From Acidisoma sp. (lineage in GTDB: Bacteria; Pseudomonadota; Alphaproteobacteria; Acetobacterales; Acetobacteraceae): a DNA stretch of 64,000 bases. The translations under genes were made by a program, and so were the position numbers. Below, piece after piece: positions 10,401-18,852 of the stretch. Where the stretch lies: the NCBI RefSeq assembly GCF_965199065.1, contig NZ_CBDAQN010000002.1, positions 48,213 to 112,212 on the forward strand. Reading direction: 5' to 3'. Every line of letters starts with the position of its first letter. The stretch's first letter is position 1. A model generated the notes under the pieces. The model was not told the origin of the DNA. It made no database searches and saw only the letters and a program-made list of their open reading frames with translations.

Positions 10401-10706
10401 GAGAATCTGCTCAGATGAAGGCGCGTTGGAGCTCGTTGAGCCCATCGGAAGCGCGATGACCGGGATAGTATTCTTGAAGGTCGGCGAGGCTGCGGAGACG
10501 CTTGCCGACCAGCTCGTGTTGCTGAGCCAAGCGCTCGGAGCCTGCGTGAAATCAATGTAGCTGTTCTGGAAGACGGGCGTCGCTCCCATGAGGCTGTCGA
10601 AGCCGTCGTTGGTCGCGTCGAAAGTCGCCTCTGCCGAGGACCCAGGCGTGTTCGCATTGCCTGTGAAAACACCTAGCGGGAATGGGGTGGATGATGTGGT
10701 CGACAT
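7497..10706 (-). CDS. multidomain secreted glycanase candidate: GH26-like (beta/alpha)8 hydrolase, 3 Ig-like repeats, lectin-like insert, 2 carbohydrate-binding modules
   Basis: N-terminal 360 aa carry YWRPGVEMN (acid/base-like) and PIAICETGAG (nucleophile-like), spaced as in clan GH-A / GH26 enzymes. The C-terminus has two modules ending NDAYGG..DRNLYVN. Confidence 0.65.
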   Translation of the reverse strand: MSTTSSTPFPLGVFTGNANTPGSSAEATFDATNDGFDSLMGATPVFQNSYIDFTQAPSAWLSNTSWSASVSAASPTFKNTIPVIALPMGSTSSNAPSSEQILQNYANGTYDSMLQSMVQTWASDGFKTQYWRPGVEMNLNSTPGFVGSSTSMQALWVSAFQHIYTVLHSAAAADGVSLKVIWNPGIANGSAAGNATETMYPGNQYVDVIGADVYDNLYPYSLYDWDKSGQELNSPNPVYDTSLAQWASDPINLEHYYTDPASNQYSLDASGGTSLSLQNLIDFAKAQGKPIAICETGAGSSPTSDNPTFVQWLSSTLTNSGVTVDFVSIWDDNGGGTYAFSDTADDKPLEAAAWAKYFGAQSTTTPTATPITVTPGSENATTNGTASAKPFTGVVITDKNTSQTETAIVTLSSTAHGTLVDPNAATDGSTAASGVWSISGSATTVAAALDALEFSPTSATVAATTTVTAAVTDTAGETASITSTITDSPAGPAHATSAANTQFNGTTGTIYDTSGNAWTINSGQQIEENGTVVPSSAEVVTLFWTGSALDQLNTSGDWWTQPLNGTAGTELAGAPAGYAGSKTPITVSPASASVATTDTASAKPFTGVVVTDANAGQTETAKVTLSATANGTLSDPNAATDGSQVVNGVLTISGSATAVATALDGLVFKPTANQVAPGAVVTTTVTAAITDTAGETASTTSTIKATDVAQAISITPATAAVATTDAASAKPFTGVTIADANAGQTETATVTLSAAANGTLSDPNAATDGSKIANGALTVSGSATSVATTLNGLVFTPTANQVAAGKAVTTTVSASIKDTAGETASAASTITATQPAAAPPTTDTLALQISEDAWKGDAQFTVSVDGKQVGGDYTASTLHSSGDAGTFLLTGNWGTAVNDVQVSFINDAYGGTPDTDRNLYVNSIAYDGTTYAGTSATMLSSGTDTFAVGGATHTAAAPADTVTLSLSEDAWQGNADFVLYIDGKAVTTPQPISALHSANATQAFSFTGNLGAGSHTLGVAFVNDAYGGSSSEDRNLYVNGVTVNGSSIFSGVKALDSNGTSSFSFTTTH
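7500..8180 (-). repeat. two C-terminal carbohydrate-binding-like modules (aa 843-935 and 961-1069)
   Basis: Both modules read L.(I/L)SEDAW.G.A.F.....DGK.V......S.LHS....Q/G.F...GN.G.....V.V.F.NDAYGG....DRNLYVN. Confidence 0.7.
8217..8954 (-). repeat. two tandem ~119-aa repeats inside the glycanase (aa 585-703 and 712-830)
   Basis: Both copies read ..TTD.ASAKPFTGV...DANAGQTETA.VTLSA.ANGTLSDPNAATDGS....G.LT.SGSAT.VAT.L.GLVF.PTANQVA.G..VTTTV...I.DTAGETAS..STI. Period is 381 nt and the DNA copies are clearly diverged. Confidence 0.85.
9252..9596 (-). repeat. third, more divergent copy of the same ~115-aa repeat (aa 371-485)
   Basis: ITVTPGSENATTNGTASAKPFTGVVITDKNTSQTETAIVTLSSTAHGTLVDPNAATDGS..SGSATTVAAALDALEFSPT..TVTAAVTDTAGETASITSTI. 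Confidence 0.8.
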
Positions 10707-10744
10707 GGGAGATCCTCAAGGAAATTCGATGAAGGCCAAAGGGG

Positions 10745-10772
10745 ATTTTAATCAGATTAGTCAACTTGACAA
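10745..10772 (-). promoter_or_regulatory. sigma70-like promoter candidate for the glycanase gene
   Basis: Minus strand reads TTGTCA-16 nt-TAAAAT about 35-60 nt upstream of ATG 10706. A GAGGA Shine-Dalgarno lies 6 nt before the ATG. Confidence 0.3.
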
Positions 10773-11852
10773 GATTAAAAGTGTTAGAGATTGAGTCAAA
10801 TCAACGAGTCGGGCTCTACCCAAAAGAGGTATATGATCCGGTTTGGGATGTTATAACTTGTTCTTTAAGGGGAAACGGCCCTATGTGTCGTCAAGCATGG
10901 CCTTTGCGCGGGCTCTCTATGACGTTAACGACCCATGACGAACCAACGCTAGAACGTGTTTCTGGTCCTCATGTTTGGCGTGCGGTGGCACCGCGAGGCT
11001 GGCGATCGGAGCCATGCCGGTTGACAGTCTAACATCGCCGCCTTGGCCGACACTCTCGGTCGTTGCGGCTACACGATCGCCATAGAGTTCCGTTACGACT
11101 TCGTATTAGCCTTGCTGTGCGCCTGTTCAGCTTGAACGCGGGTTTGCGAAACGCACTCGTATTCCAGTCAAAACACGAATGCAATCGTTATCACACGGAA
11201 ATGTTATTTTGCCGTCGCGAGCAGTGCCTGCCCGCCAGGACAATCTCCTGCAAACTTCGGAAAATTCAATCAGAGCTTGTGGTTGATCGGTCCGATTGAT
11301 TTCATCTTTAACGACACAACACCTTTGGCTTCAAAGAGAGTCACCGCCAACCAACTGAAATTGAAACTTATTATCGGCTAGATAATTATAGTTTCATCTT
11401 CGGAATTTGTTGCTGAGAGAGATTTGCTCGCGGAGGTTGAGTGAACGCTTCCGAGGCTGATTGGCTTGCATGGCAAGGTGTACAGCTCGTTCCCACACGC
11501 GGCACCTCACCATGTGGGTCCCCGCGCCCACGGCAGAATGAAAGTGGGTGTCGCCCGAAGACCATCCGTAGAGCCGAAAGCTCCGTATGGAGCCCCATGT
11601 CCGCCCCGCCAGATAAGCGACACTCAGAGCCGCCTCTCGCGGAAGACCGATCCTCGACCGGCTGATGGCCGACGCCGTCGAAGATCGCGCGAGCCGGGTC
11701 CTACTTCTTGGTCCTACGGGGGAAAGCTCGTCACCAAAGCCATGGGCGTGATCAATCCCGCCGGCGGCGCCGTTACCAGACGTTTGTGGTGAGCAGCCGG
11801 TCGGGAACCAGCCGTCTCAGCGACGCTACGGGCCGTCCGGCCTAGCTGCTAC

Positions 11853-12722
11853 TTAAGCGACGATGCGGCGATAGACGTGCCAGGTCGCATGGCCGAGAAC
11901 CGGCAACGTCACGGCGAGCCCTAGAAGCCCGGGAAGGGCCCCGATCACCAGACCGGCGACGATGACTGCACCCCAGCCCAGCATGAAGACCGGGTTCCGT
12001 GCCACGGCGCTGATCGAGACGCGAATAGCCTCGGAGGCCTTTACCGGCTTGTCGAGCGCAAGCGGGAAGGAGACGCAGCCGATTGCCACTGCGATCAGCG
12101 CGAAGATGACGCCGACGCCGCAGCCAATGACGATCATCTCCCATCCAGCTTGCGTGGTCAGCACGCGAGTAAGAAAGAATGCGTTGGGCTTCGCAGACGA
12201 TGTCCCCAATGTAAGATGATAGATGATACCGGCGGCCGCGTTCCAGAGCAGGAAGAGGACAATCGCGACCCCGCCAAGGATGCGCAGCGACCGCCCGCGT
12301 GGCCCGAAAAAGAGGTGCAGGGGGTGCGACGCCGCATCCTCACCCCACAATTCGCGTCCGCGGCTGAGCGCCGCATACCAGAGCGTCGCGAGCGGTCCGA
12401 TGAGTGCGAAACCGGATGCGGCCGGGAACAGGAAAGGCAGCAGCGCTCGGTCAGCGACGACCCCGGCGACCACGAGGCCAGCAAGCGGAAACAGCACCGC
12501 CATCGTGACCTGATCGGTCCGCAACTCGCGAAGGTCCTCGAACCCGGCCTTGAGAGCGGGCATGAGCTCGTTCAGGCCCACCTTCCGGATGTCGATCGGC
12601 CCGGGAGAGGCCGCATCATCCCGCTCCTCCTCTATTCTGGCCGCAACCTCCTCATGGGTCTCCGGCGGCGCGCGCAGAAAGACGACGGTAAAGGCATCCG
12701 AGAGCGTGGTGGCGAAGCTCAT
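11853..12722 (-). CDS. DUF2189-like integral membrane protein associated with terminal-oxidase operons
   Basis: 289 aa with a soluble acidic N-terminus followed by several TM helices. Lies 30 nt downstream of cyoD on the same strand. Family assignment is from memory of DUF2189 architecture and context. Confidence 0.55.
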   Translation of the reverse strand: MSFATTLSDAFTVVFLRAPPETHEEVAARIEEERDDAASPGPIDIRKVGLNELMPALKAGFEDLRELRTDQVTMAVLFPLAGLVVAGVVADRALLPFLFPAASGFALIGPLATLWYAALSRGRELWGEDAASHPLHLFFGPRGRSLRILGGVAIVLFLLWNAAAGIIYHLTLGTSSAKPNAFFLTRVLTTQAGWEMIVIGCGVGVIFALIAVAIGCVSFPLALDKPVKASEAIRVSISAVARNPVFMLGWGAVIVAGLVIGALPGLLGLAVTLPVLGHATWHVYRRIVA

Positions 12723-12752
12723 GCGGGTCGTCTCCCTCCTGAACGCGTGCGG

Positions 12753-13166
12753 CTACTCGAGCAGCGTCGGCTGCTGCGTCATGTCCATGCCCGGCATCTT
12801 GTCGGGCATGGTCCGCGGATAGAGCGTATGGAACATCCAGACGGAGAGGCCGATCGTGAAGACGAACAGCGGGACCGTCAGGATGAGCGAGACGCTTTTC
12901 CAGGCCTGCGCCGGCGACAGACCAAGCCCAAAGAACAGAGCCGCCTGGGCGACGAGCGCGATGACGACCAGGGAAGAGACTACCCAGAGAAAGATGGGAT
13001 AGGTCAGCACATGCTGCTGGGTCACGAGCAGCGCCGCCAGCATGAGAACTATGGAGGCGGCGTAGCCTGCGAAGTAGCCCCCGGTGCTGGCCTGCCGCAC
13101 CTCCGCATGGAGCAGCGGGTCTGTCTCATGAGAGGCGTAGGCTTGGCCAGGGGCATGGACAGCCAT
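12753..13166 (-). CDS. cyoD: cytochrome o ubiquinol oxidase subunit IV
   Basis: Internal start MAVHAPGQAY.. of the 187-aa ORF. ATG 13166 overlaps the cyoC stop (ATGA). About 137 aa with 3 TM helices, in the expected operon position. Confidence 0.8.
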   Translation of the reverse strand: MAVHAPGQAYASHETDPLLHAEVRQASTGGYFAGYAASIVLMLAALLVTQQHVLTYPIFLWVVSSLVVIALVAQAALFFGLGLSPAQAWKSVSLILTVPLFVFTIGLSVWMFHTLYPRTMPDKMPGMDMTQQPTLLE

Positions 13167-13792
13167 CAGAAGGCTCCTCTGAGGTAGACAAAGACATAAA
13201 CGCAGACCCAGACCGAGGCCTGGAACTGCCAGAACATCCTCAGATTGAGCAGGCGCGCCACGATATTGGACGTGAAGCCCGACCGGGCGACCTGAACGAT
13301 CATCACCAGCATCCAAAGGATGCCGAAGGCCATGTGCAGCCCGTGCGTCGCGATAAGTACAAAATAGACGGATAGAAAGCCGCTGCGGTCCGGCCCGTTG
13401 CCCTCGTTGATGAGGGTGGCAAAATCACCCAGTTCCAGCCCCAGGAAGACGAGGCCGAGCACGAGTGCGATTGTCGTGTAGAGAATGACGCCGGGGCGGC
13501 TCCGCATCTTCATGGCGACAGTCGCGAGGCTGTAGGCGAAGACGCTCGTCATGACGGCGAGCGTCTGCCAGAAGCCGTTGATCGGGCGGACGATTTGGTG
13601 GGCGTCCGGCCCTCCGGCCGTGTTGAACGAGTGGTCCAGGACCCCGTAAGCCGCGAACAGCCCCGCAAAGATGAGGGCGTCGCTCATCATGTAGAGCCAG
13701 AACCCGAGGGTGCGGGTGGCGATATCGTCGTGCGTGTGGTCCTCGTGCTGCCAGAGCACGGAGTCTGGCGTGGCCGGGCGCTGGATTGCCAT
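13166..13792 (-). CDS. cyoC: cytochrome o ubiquinol oxidase subunit III
   Basis: 208 aa, 5-TM subunit III pattern (..HDDIATRTLGFWLYMMSDALIFAGLFAAY..). ATGA overlap with the cyoB stop. Confidence 0.9.
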   Translation of the reverse strand: MAIQRPATPDSVLWQHEDHTHDDIATRTLGFWLYMMSDALIFAGLFAAYGVLDHSFNTAGGPDAHQIVRPINGFWQTLAVMTSVFAYSLATVAMKMRSRPGVILYTTIALVLGLVFLGLELGDFATLINEGNGPDRSGFLSVYFVLIATHGLHMAFGILWMLVMIVQVARSGFTSNIVARLLNLRMFWQFQASVWVCVYVFVYLRGAF

Positions 13793-15858
13793 CAGTGGAC
13801 CTCGGCTTCAACGAGCGGCGGCCTGGACGGCTGCTCGGCAATGATGCCGGAGGCCGTCGTGCGCCGTTCCATGGCCGCTATATCGGCAGGCTTCAGGATG
13901 TACCCGGGTGTCCGCTGGAAGGAGCGGGCAATGACAACGGCGATGATGGCGAGCATCGAGCCGCCGGCCATCCACCAGATGCGCCAGATCATGCCGAACC
14001 CGAAGCCGAAGGCGAAGATACCGATGACGAACGGAACCATCGTGTTGCTCGGCATGTGGATCGGCCCGAACCGGTCCGGTTGGGACAGATCGAGCCCGCT
14101 GCGGCGCCGCCAGTCCAGCTCGTCGAGCGCGTTGACCTGCGGCGTGACGGCGAAGTTGTAGAATGGCACCGGCGTATGGGTGAGCCACTCCAGGGTGCGG
14201 GCGGTGCCCCAGGGGTCAGCCTCGAGGCGCGTCTTGCGGTCGCGGATGCTCACGAACAGCATCCAGGCGAAGATGAGGACGGACAGGCTGTAGAAGCCGA
14301 TTCCGACCTCCTGAATGATGAGGAGCGGCAGCATGTGCGTGTCGAATTCATAATCCAGCCGCCGCGTCTCGCCCATGAACCCGAGCGCGAACATGGCGAC
14401 GAAGACGAGAATGGTGCCGATCGAGAAGGTCCAGAAGAAAAGTTTGCCGCTGCGCTCGTCGAGCATCATGCCGAATACCTTGGGGAACCAGTAGGTTACG
14501 GCGCCGAAGATTGCGTAGGCGATGAGCAGGACCATGCAGTGGAAGTGGGCGACGACGAAGACGCTATTGTGGACGGTGTAGTCGATCGCGGGCATCGCCA
14601 GCATCATGCCGGTCAGACCGCCGGCCAACAGGAGAAACAGGCCACCGATGCACCACAGCATGGGGGTGTCGAAGCTCAGCCGGCCACGATACATCGTGAA
14701 GACCCAGTTGAAGACCTTCACGCCGGTGGGGACGCCGACGAACATGGTGGCGACGCTGAAGAAGGTGTTGACGGCGGGGCCGGCGCCCATGGTGAAGAAA
14801 TGGTGCAGCCAGACCAGCCAGGCGATGCCGGCGATCGCGAAGGTCGCGGCCACCATCGTGGTGTAACCGAATAGTGGGCGCTCCGAGAAGGTCGGGATGA
14901 TCTCCGAGAAGATGCCGAAGGCCGGGAGCACGAGGAAGTAGACCTCCGGGTGGCCCCAGATCCAGAACAGGTTCGTATAGAGCATCAGGTTGCCGCCCTG
15001 GCCGGCGGTGAAGAAATGCGTGCCGATGTAGCGGTCGGCGCTGAGGAGCGCGAGCGCCACGCCGAGAACCGGGAAGGCTGTCAGGCCGATGATGTTGGTG
15101 GAGAGCGTCGTCCAGGTGAACACGGGCAGGCGGAACCAGGTCATGCCCGGCGCCCGCATCATGACGATGGTGGCGATCATGTTGACCGCGTTCAGGGTGG
15201 TGCCGATGCTCGAGATCTGGATGGCCCAGATCCAGTAGTCGACGCCGACGCCCGGGCTGAACGGCAGCTCGGTCAGCGGGATGAGGCCGGACCAGCCGGC
15301 ATCCGAGAAGTCGCCGACGAAGAGCGAAACCATGACGAGGGCCGCGCCCATCGCGGTCAGCCAGAGGCTGACGGCGTTCAGGTATGGGAAGGCCATGTCA
15401 CGCGCGCCGACCTGCAGCGGCACGATCACGTTGGTGAGGCCGGTGAGGATCGGCGTCACCGCGAACAGGATCATGATGGTGCCGTGCGAGCTGTAGATCT
15501 GGTCGAAGTGGTAGGGCGGGATGTAGCCGTGCAAGGCGTCCAGATAGTGCGGCGAATGCGGTCCATCGGCGAGGACCTGCTGGGTCCGGATCATGAGGCC
15601 GTCGAAAAATCCGCGGAACATCATGACGAGGCCGACGATGATGTACATCACGCCGATCTTCTTATGATCGACCGTCGTGATCCATTCTCGCCAAAGGTAC
15701 GGGATTTTTTTGAAGTAGAGGACGGGCACGATGACGGCAACTGCCGCGACAGCAGCCAGGACGAAGGCGAAGAGGATAATGACGTTGTCGATCGGGATGG
15801 CGCTCAGCGTGAGACGCCCGAACAGGAAGGACCAGGGGCCCTGGAGATGGACGAGCAC
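13792..15858 (-). CDS. cyoB: cytochrome o ubiquinol oxidase subunit I (heme-copper oxidase)
   Basis: 688 aa with heme-copper signatures WFFGHPEVY-like (LFWIWGHPEVYFLVLPAFG) and VAHFH. The long C-terminus is typical of CyoB. Confidence 0.95.
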   Translation of the reverse strand: MLVHLQGPWSFLFGRLTLSAIPIDNVIILFAFVLAAVAAVAVIVPVLYFKKIPYLWREWITTVDHKKIGVMYIIVGLVMMFRGFFDGLMIRTQQVLADGPHSPHYLDALHGYIPPYHFDQIYSSHGTIMILFAVTPILTGLTNVIVPLQVGARDMAFPYLNAVSLWLTAMGAALVMVSLFVGDFSDAGWSGLIPLTELPFSPGVGVDYWIWAIQISSIGTTLNAVNMIATIVMMRAPGMTWFRLPVFTWTTLSTNIIGLTAFPVLGVALALLSADRYIGTHFFTAGQGGNLMLYTNLFWIWGHPEVYFLVLPAFGIFSEIIPTFSERPLFGYTTMVAATFAIAGIAWLVWLHHFFTMGAGPAVNTFFSVATMFVGVPTGVKVFNWVFTMYRGRLSFDTPMLWCIGGLFLLLAGGLTGMMLAMPAIDYTVHNSVFVVAHFHCMVLLIAYAIFGAVTYWFPKVFGMMLDERSGKLFFWTFSIGTILVFVAMFALGFMGETRRLDYEFDTHMLPLLIIQEVGIGFYSLSVLIFAWMLFVSIRDRKTRLEADPWGTARTLEWLTHTPVPFYNFAVTPQVNALDELDWRRRSGLDLSQPDRFGPIHMPSNTMVPFVIGIFAFGFGFGMIWRIWWMAGGSMLAIIAVVIARSFQRTPGYILKPADIAAMERRTTASGIIAEQPSRPPLVEAEVH

Positions 15859-15859
15859 T

Positions 15860-16840
15860 TTATAACCCCTTCGGATTTGAGGCGGCGCGGCGATCGTTAG
15901 ACGGCCCGGAAGCAGGCGCCATCTTCTCGGTGAGGTCGGCGGGCACAGGGTAGGTCACCCCGTCCATCGCATCCGCCACCGTGTGGTTGAACAGGTCGGG
16001 GTCAACCGAGGCGAAGTAGCCCGGCTTGGCCCCGATATTGAGCGTCGGGTGGGCGAGCTTTTGGAACGTAGCGTAGGACAGCGCGCCGTGGTTCGGAGCC
16101 GCCTGGCCGGCCTGCACGCTGGAAACCCAGCCATTGAACTGATCGTCGCTCACGACGCGCGTCGAGAACTGCATCCAGGCAAACCCCGCCCCACTGAAAT
16201 CCGCTGAAAAGCCTTCATAGGTTCCGAAATGATCGGAGCTGAAGACGTCCCGCGTCTGCATCCCCGGCATCACGTCGATCATGGGCGCCAACTGGGGGAT
16301 AAAGAAGTCGTTGGTGACCGAGGTCGAAGTCATACGCAGGTGCACCACCCTCCCCCGTGGAATGACGAGGTCGTCGATCGTAGCGATGTGCTGCTGAGGA
16401 TAGATGAAGAACCACTGCCAATCCGTGGTGATGACATCGACCTCAAGCGGAGGTTGCGCCGGTCCGGCAGCGCCCCCTGAGGTTTGCAGCACCGTCGGGG
16501 CATACGGGTTTGTCTCGATCACAGACTCGTAGGTGAAGACGGCGAGCATGCCCACGATGGCGATGGGGCCGCCCCAGATCAGCAGTTCGATCACCAGCGA
16601 GTGTGACCAGTCGGGGTCGTAGGCAGCGTTCCGCACCTTGGCGTAGCGCCAGATAAAAAGGCACAGCATCAAAGTGGTCGGCAGGATGATGAGCAACATG
16701 ATGCCCACGTCCAGCATGGTGAACTTGAGCTGAGCGGCTGCCACCGGCCCCTTCGGGTAGAACAGCCGGAAGGTCTCCCCGCAGCCGCCGAGGGGCAGCA
16801 GAGCCGTGGCCATTGCTGGCCAGGTAAACCATTTCTTCAA
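15860..16840 (-). CDS. cyoA: cytochrome o ubiquinol oxidase subunit II (lipoprotein)
   Basis: The ORF is open to 17014. In-frame TTG at 16840 gives MKKWFTWPAMATALLPLGGC, a lipoprotein signal like E. coli CyoA. The DPDWSHS motif follows TM1. Confidence 0.85.
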   Translation of the reverse strand: MKKWFTWPAMATALLPLGGCGETFRLFYPKGPVAAAQLKFTMLDVGIMLLIILPTTLMLCLFIWRYAKVRNAAYDPDWSHSLVIELLIWGGPIAIVGMLAVFTYESVIETNPYAPTVLQTSGGAAGPAQPPLEVDVITTDWQWFFIYPQQHIATIDDLVIPRGRVVHLRMTSTSVTNDFFIPQLAPMIDVMPGMQTRDVFSSDHFGTYEGFSADFSGAGFAWMQFSTRVVSDDQFNGWVSSVQAGQAAPNHGALSYATFQKLAHPTLNIGAKPGYFASVDPDLFNHTVADAMDGVTYPVPADLTEKMAPASGPSNDRRAASNPKGL

Positions 16841-17525
16841 ATTAAACCCGGTGGGGACGCATTTTTCCAAAGCCAAGGCGAAAATCCTCCACGCGGACGT
16901 CGGGTTTGACTGTGGTTCCTTCGTACAGCGGGCTACGCCGAGCCGGATCGCGCGTAGTTCTACGGCAGATCGCGACGCTGTCGAGGGGCTCCGTCCACGG
17001 TTTGACAAGCCCAAAGATCACAAAACAGCCAGCCGGGCAACGCCTGCCAGGATGTGAATTCTCTCTGCTGCTGTGAGAAAATGGCGCGGCGGCACAATGG
17101 CTTCGGCTTCGTTAATGACTGATCGTTAATGAACTCATATACCGAGACTACCATCAGGTTAGGTCGTGAGGCCGGAACCGAACGATGCGACTTGCTCCCG
17201 AAGGTCGAAAGACAGTGCAGAGCGCCATTCGGGGTCGATACGCCGTGCACATTACAATTGTTCTACAAGACGCGTAGACAATGCGGGCATATGCGCCGAG
17301 TGTTTTCTCTAGTTAAATCGAGCCTCTTTTCGGCCGTGCTGTTATAACAACCGACTCGCTTCCGTAGTCTTTTCGAGTACGAAGCGCTCTCGCGCAGCTT
17401 TATCCGAGTGGCCAAACCTTGCGAACGGCATGAAGCAATTTGCAGAGCCGACATGACTTGCAAGATATGCTTATATGCCCTTAATTGGCGAAAGGAATGG
17501 TTCGCGATCATGATTTCCATCGCGG

Positions 17526-18812
17526 ATGCCGACGATCATGGACAACACAATGAACACTCGAGAGACTCATTCGGGCTCGCCCCTCGGTGAGGTTGCCGGC
17601 CCGCTTCACGAAGAGCGGCCGCAGAAGCGCCGGCGCCTCTTGACCGGGCCACGTCTGGCGCTCGCCGTCGTCGTGGCGCTGGCAGCTGGTGGCGCCTGGC
17701 AGATGACCCGCCATGGGAGCGCGAGCCCGATGCCGCCGCCGCCGCTTCCACTGGTGACGGTGAGCGCTCCACTTCAGCACCCGGTGGGGCAGTGGGAAGG
17801 ATTCCTCGGCCAATTTTCGGCGGTGAGCCGCGTTGAACTGAGGCCTCAGGTCGGCGGCACCCTGAGCGACATCGACTTCACCGACGGCGCGATCGTCCAC
17901 AAGGGCGACCTGCTCTTCCAGATCGACCCGCGGCCGTATGCCATCAAAGTCGCCGAGCAAGAGGCCGATATCCGAAGTGCCGAGGCGAAGCTGACGTTTC
18001 TGGGCAGCGAGTTGTGGCGCGCTCAACAGCTCAAGCGGACCGATTTCGGAACCGCCGAGAACGTCGACCAGCGCAACTCCGATCAGAGGTCCGCTGCGGC
18101 GGCCTTGGCAGAGGCACAGGCAGAGCTCGCCAACTCTGAGCTCGACATGGAATACGCGCGTGTCGCCGCGCCTTTCACCGGACGGATCGGCGAGCATCAG
18201 GTCTCCATTGGTAGCCTTGTCACCGGCAGCCGCGCCGGGACGAGCGGCACGACGCTGCTCGCCACGCTCGTATCCGTCGATCCCATGTACCTGAACTTTC
18301 GCATGAGCGAGGCCGACTACCTCGCTTTCGCGGAAGCACGGGCAAATTCGTCCAATCCCAAAGCCGATCAGGTGGATTTCAGCCTCGGCGACGAGAACAG
18401 CTACGACCACCACGGAACGCTCGATTTCGTCGACAACGTCATAGACTCGTCCAGCGGGACGATCCTGGCACGTGCGACCGTTTCCAACCCCAACATGCTG
18501 ATCGTTCCGGGTGAGTTCGCACGCATTCGTCTGGCGATTGCGCCGCCGACGGCTGCCTTGCTTGTGCCCGATGACGCCATCATCCCCGATCAGTCGCAAG
18601 ACATGGTCATGACAGTGGCCCCGAATGGAACCGTAGTGCCCAAGATCGTCAAGATTGGCGATCTCCGCGGCGGCCTGCGCGTCATCCGCTCAGGCTTGGC
18701 ACCTACCGATCGTGTCATCATCGACGGGCTGATGCACGCGATGCCGGGAACGAAGGTTGCCGTCCAGACGAGCCCGATCCGCTTCGACGCCGCAGCCGAC
18801 GCGCAAGACTGA
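17526..18812 (+). CDS. RND efflux periplasmic adaptor (MFP/HlyD family)
   Basis: TM anchor, then ..VELRPQVGGTLSDIDFTDGAIVHKGDLLFQIDPRPY.. (lipoyl/hairpin motifs), immediately upstream of an RND pump gene. Confidence 0.9.
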   Translation: MPTIMDNTMNTRETHSGSPLGEVAGPLHEERPQKRRRLLTGPRLALAVVVALAAGGAWQMTRHGSASPMPPPPLPLVTVSAPLQHPVGQWEGFLGQFSAVSRVELRPQVGGTLSDIDFTDGAIVHKGDLLFQIDPRPYAIKVAEQEADIRSAEAKLTFLGSELWRAQQLKRTDFGTAENVDQRNSDQRSAAAALAEAQAELANSELDMEYARVAAPFTGRIGEHQVSIGSLVTGSRAGTSGTTLLATLVSVDPMYLNFRMSEADYLAFAEARANSSNPKADQVDFSLGDENSYDHHGTLDFVDNVIDSSSGTILARATVSNPNMLIVPGEFARIRLAIAPPTAALLVPDDAIIPDQSQDMVMTVAPNGTVVPKIVKIGDLRGGLRVIRSGLAPTDRVIIDGLMHAMPGTKVAVQTSPIRFDAAADAQD

Positions 18813-18852
18813 CCGCCGGCCTTCGCACCTCATCGGCTTCAGGACCAACATC

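Noticed and set aside
7497-10706. Possibility that the large glycanase is an RTX/T1SS adhesin
   Set aside because: I found no GGxGxD nonapeptide repeats in the translation. The export route is left open rather than called T1SS.
11386-11850. GC-rich part of the 1.1-kb gap as a riboswitch or pseudogene
   Set aside because: No riboswitch core motif that I recognise, and no frame gives a protein-like translation. Kept only as an unexplained region in the findings, not as a feature.
12150-13187. 345-aa plus-strand ORF across the DUF2189-like gene and cyoD
   Set aside because: Highly charged R/E/D/Q translation antisense to hydrophobic membrane-protein genes. Antisense artefact.
13786-15900. 362-aa and 316-aa plus-strand ORFs (13786-14874, 14950-15900)
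   Set aside because: Antisense to cyoB, whose identity is unambiguous. Charged low-complexity translations.
16841-17014. 58-codon N-terminal extension of the cyoA ORF
   Set aside because: The extension (MGLSNRGRSPSTASRS...) is not signal-like. In-frame TTG 16840 yields a textbook lipoprotein signal peptide matching CyoA biology.
18757-18852. Upstream 32-codon extension of the RND pump ORF, overlapping the adaptor gene
   Set aside because: The conserved RND N-terminus MRLTHVFIDRPIL starts at ATG 18853. The extension is Arg/Pro/Ser-rich.
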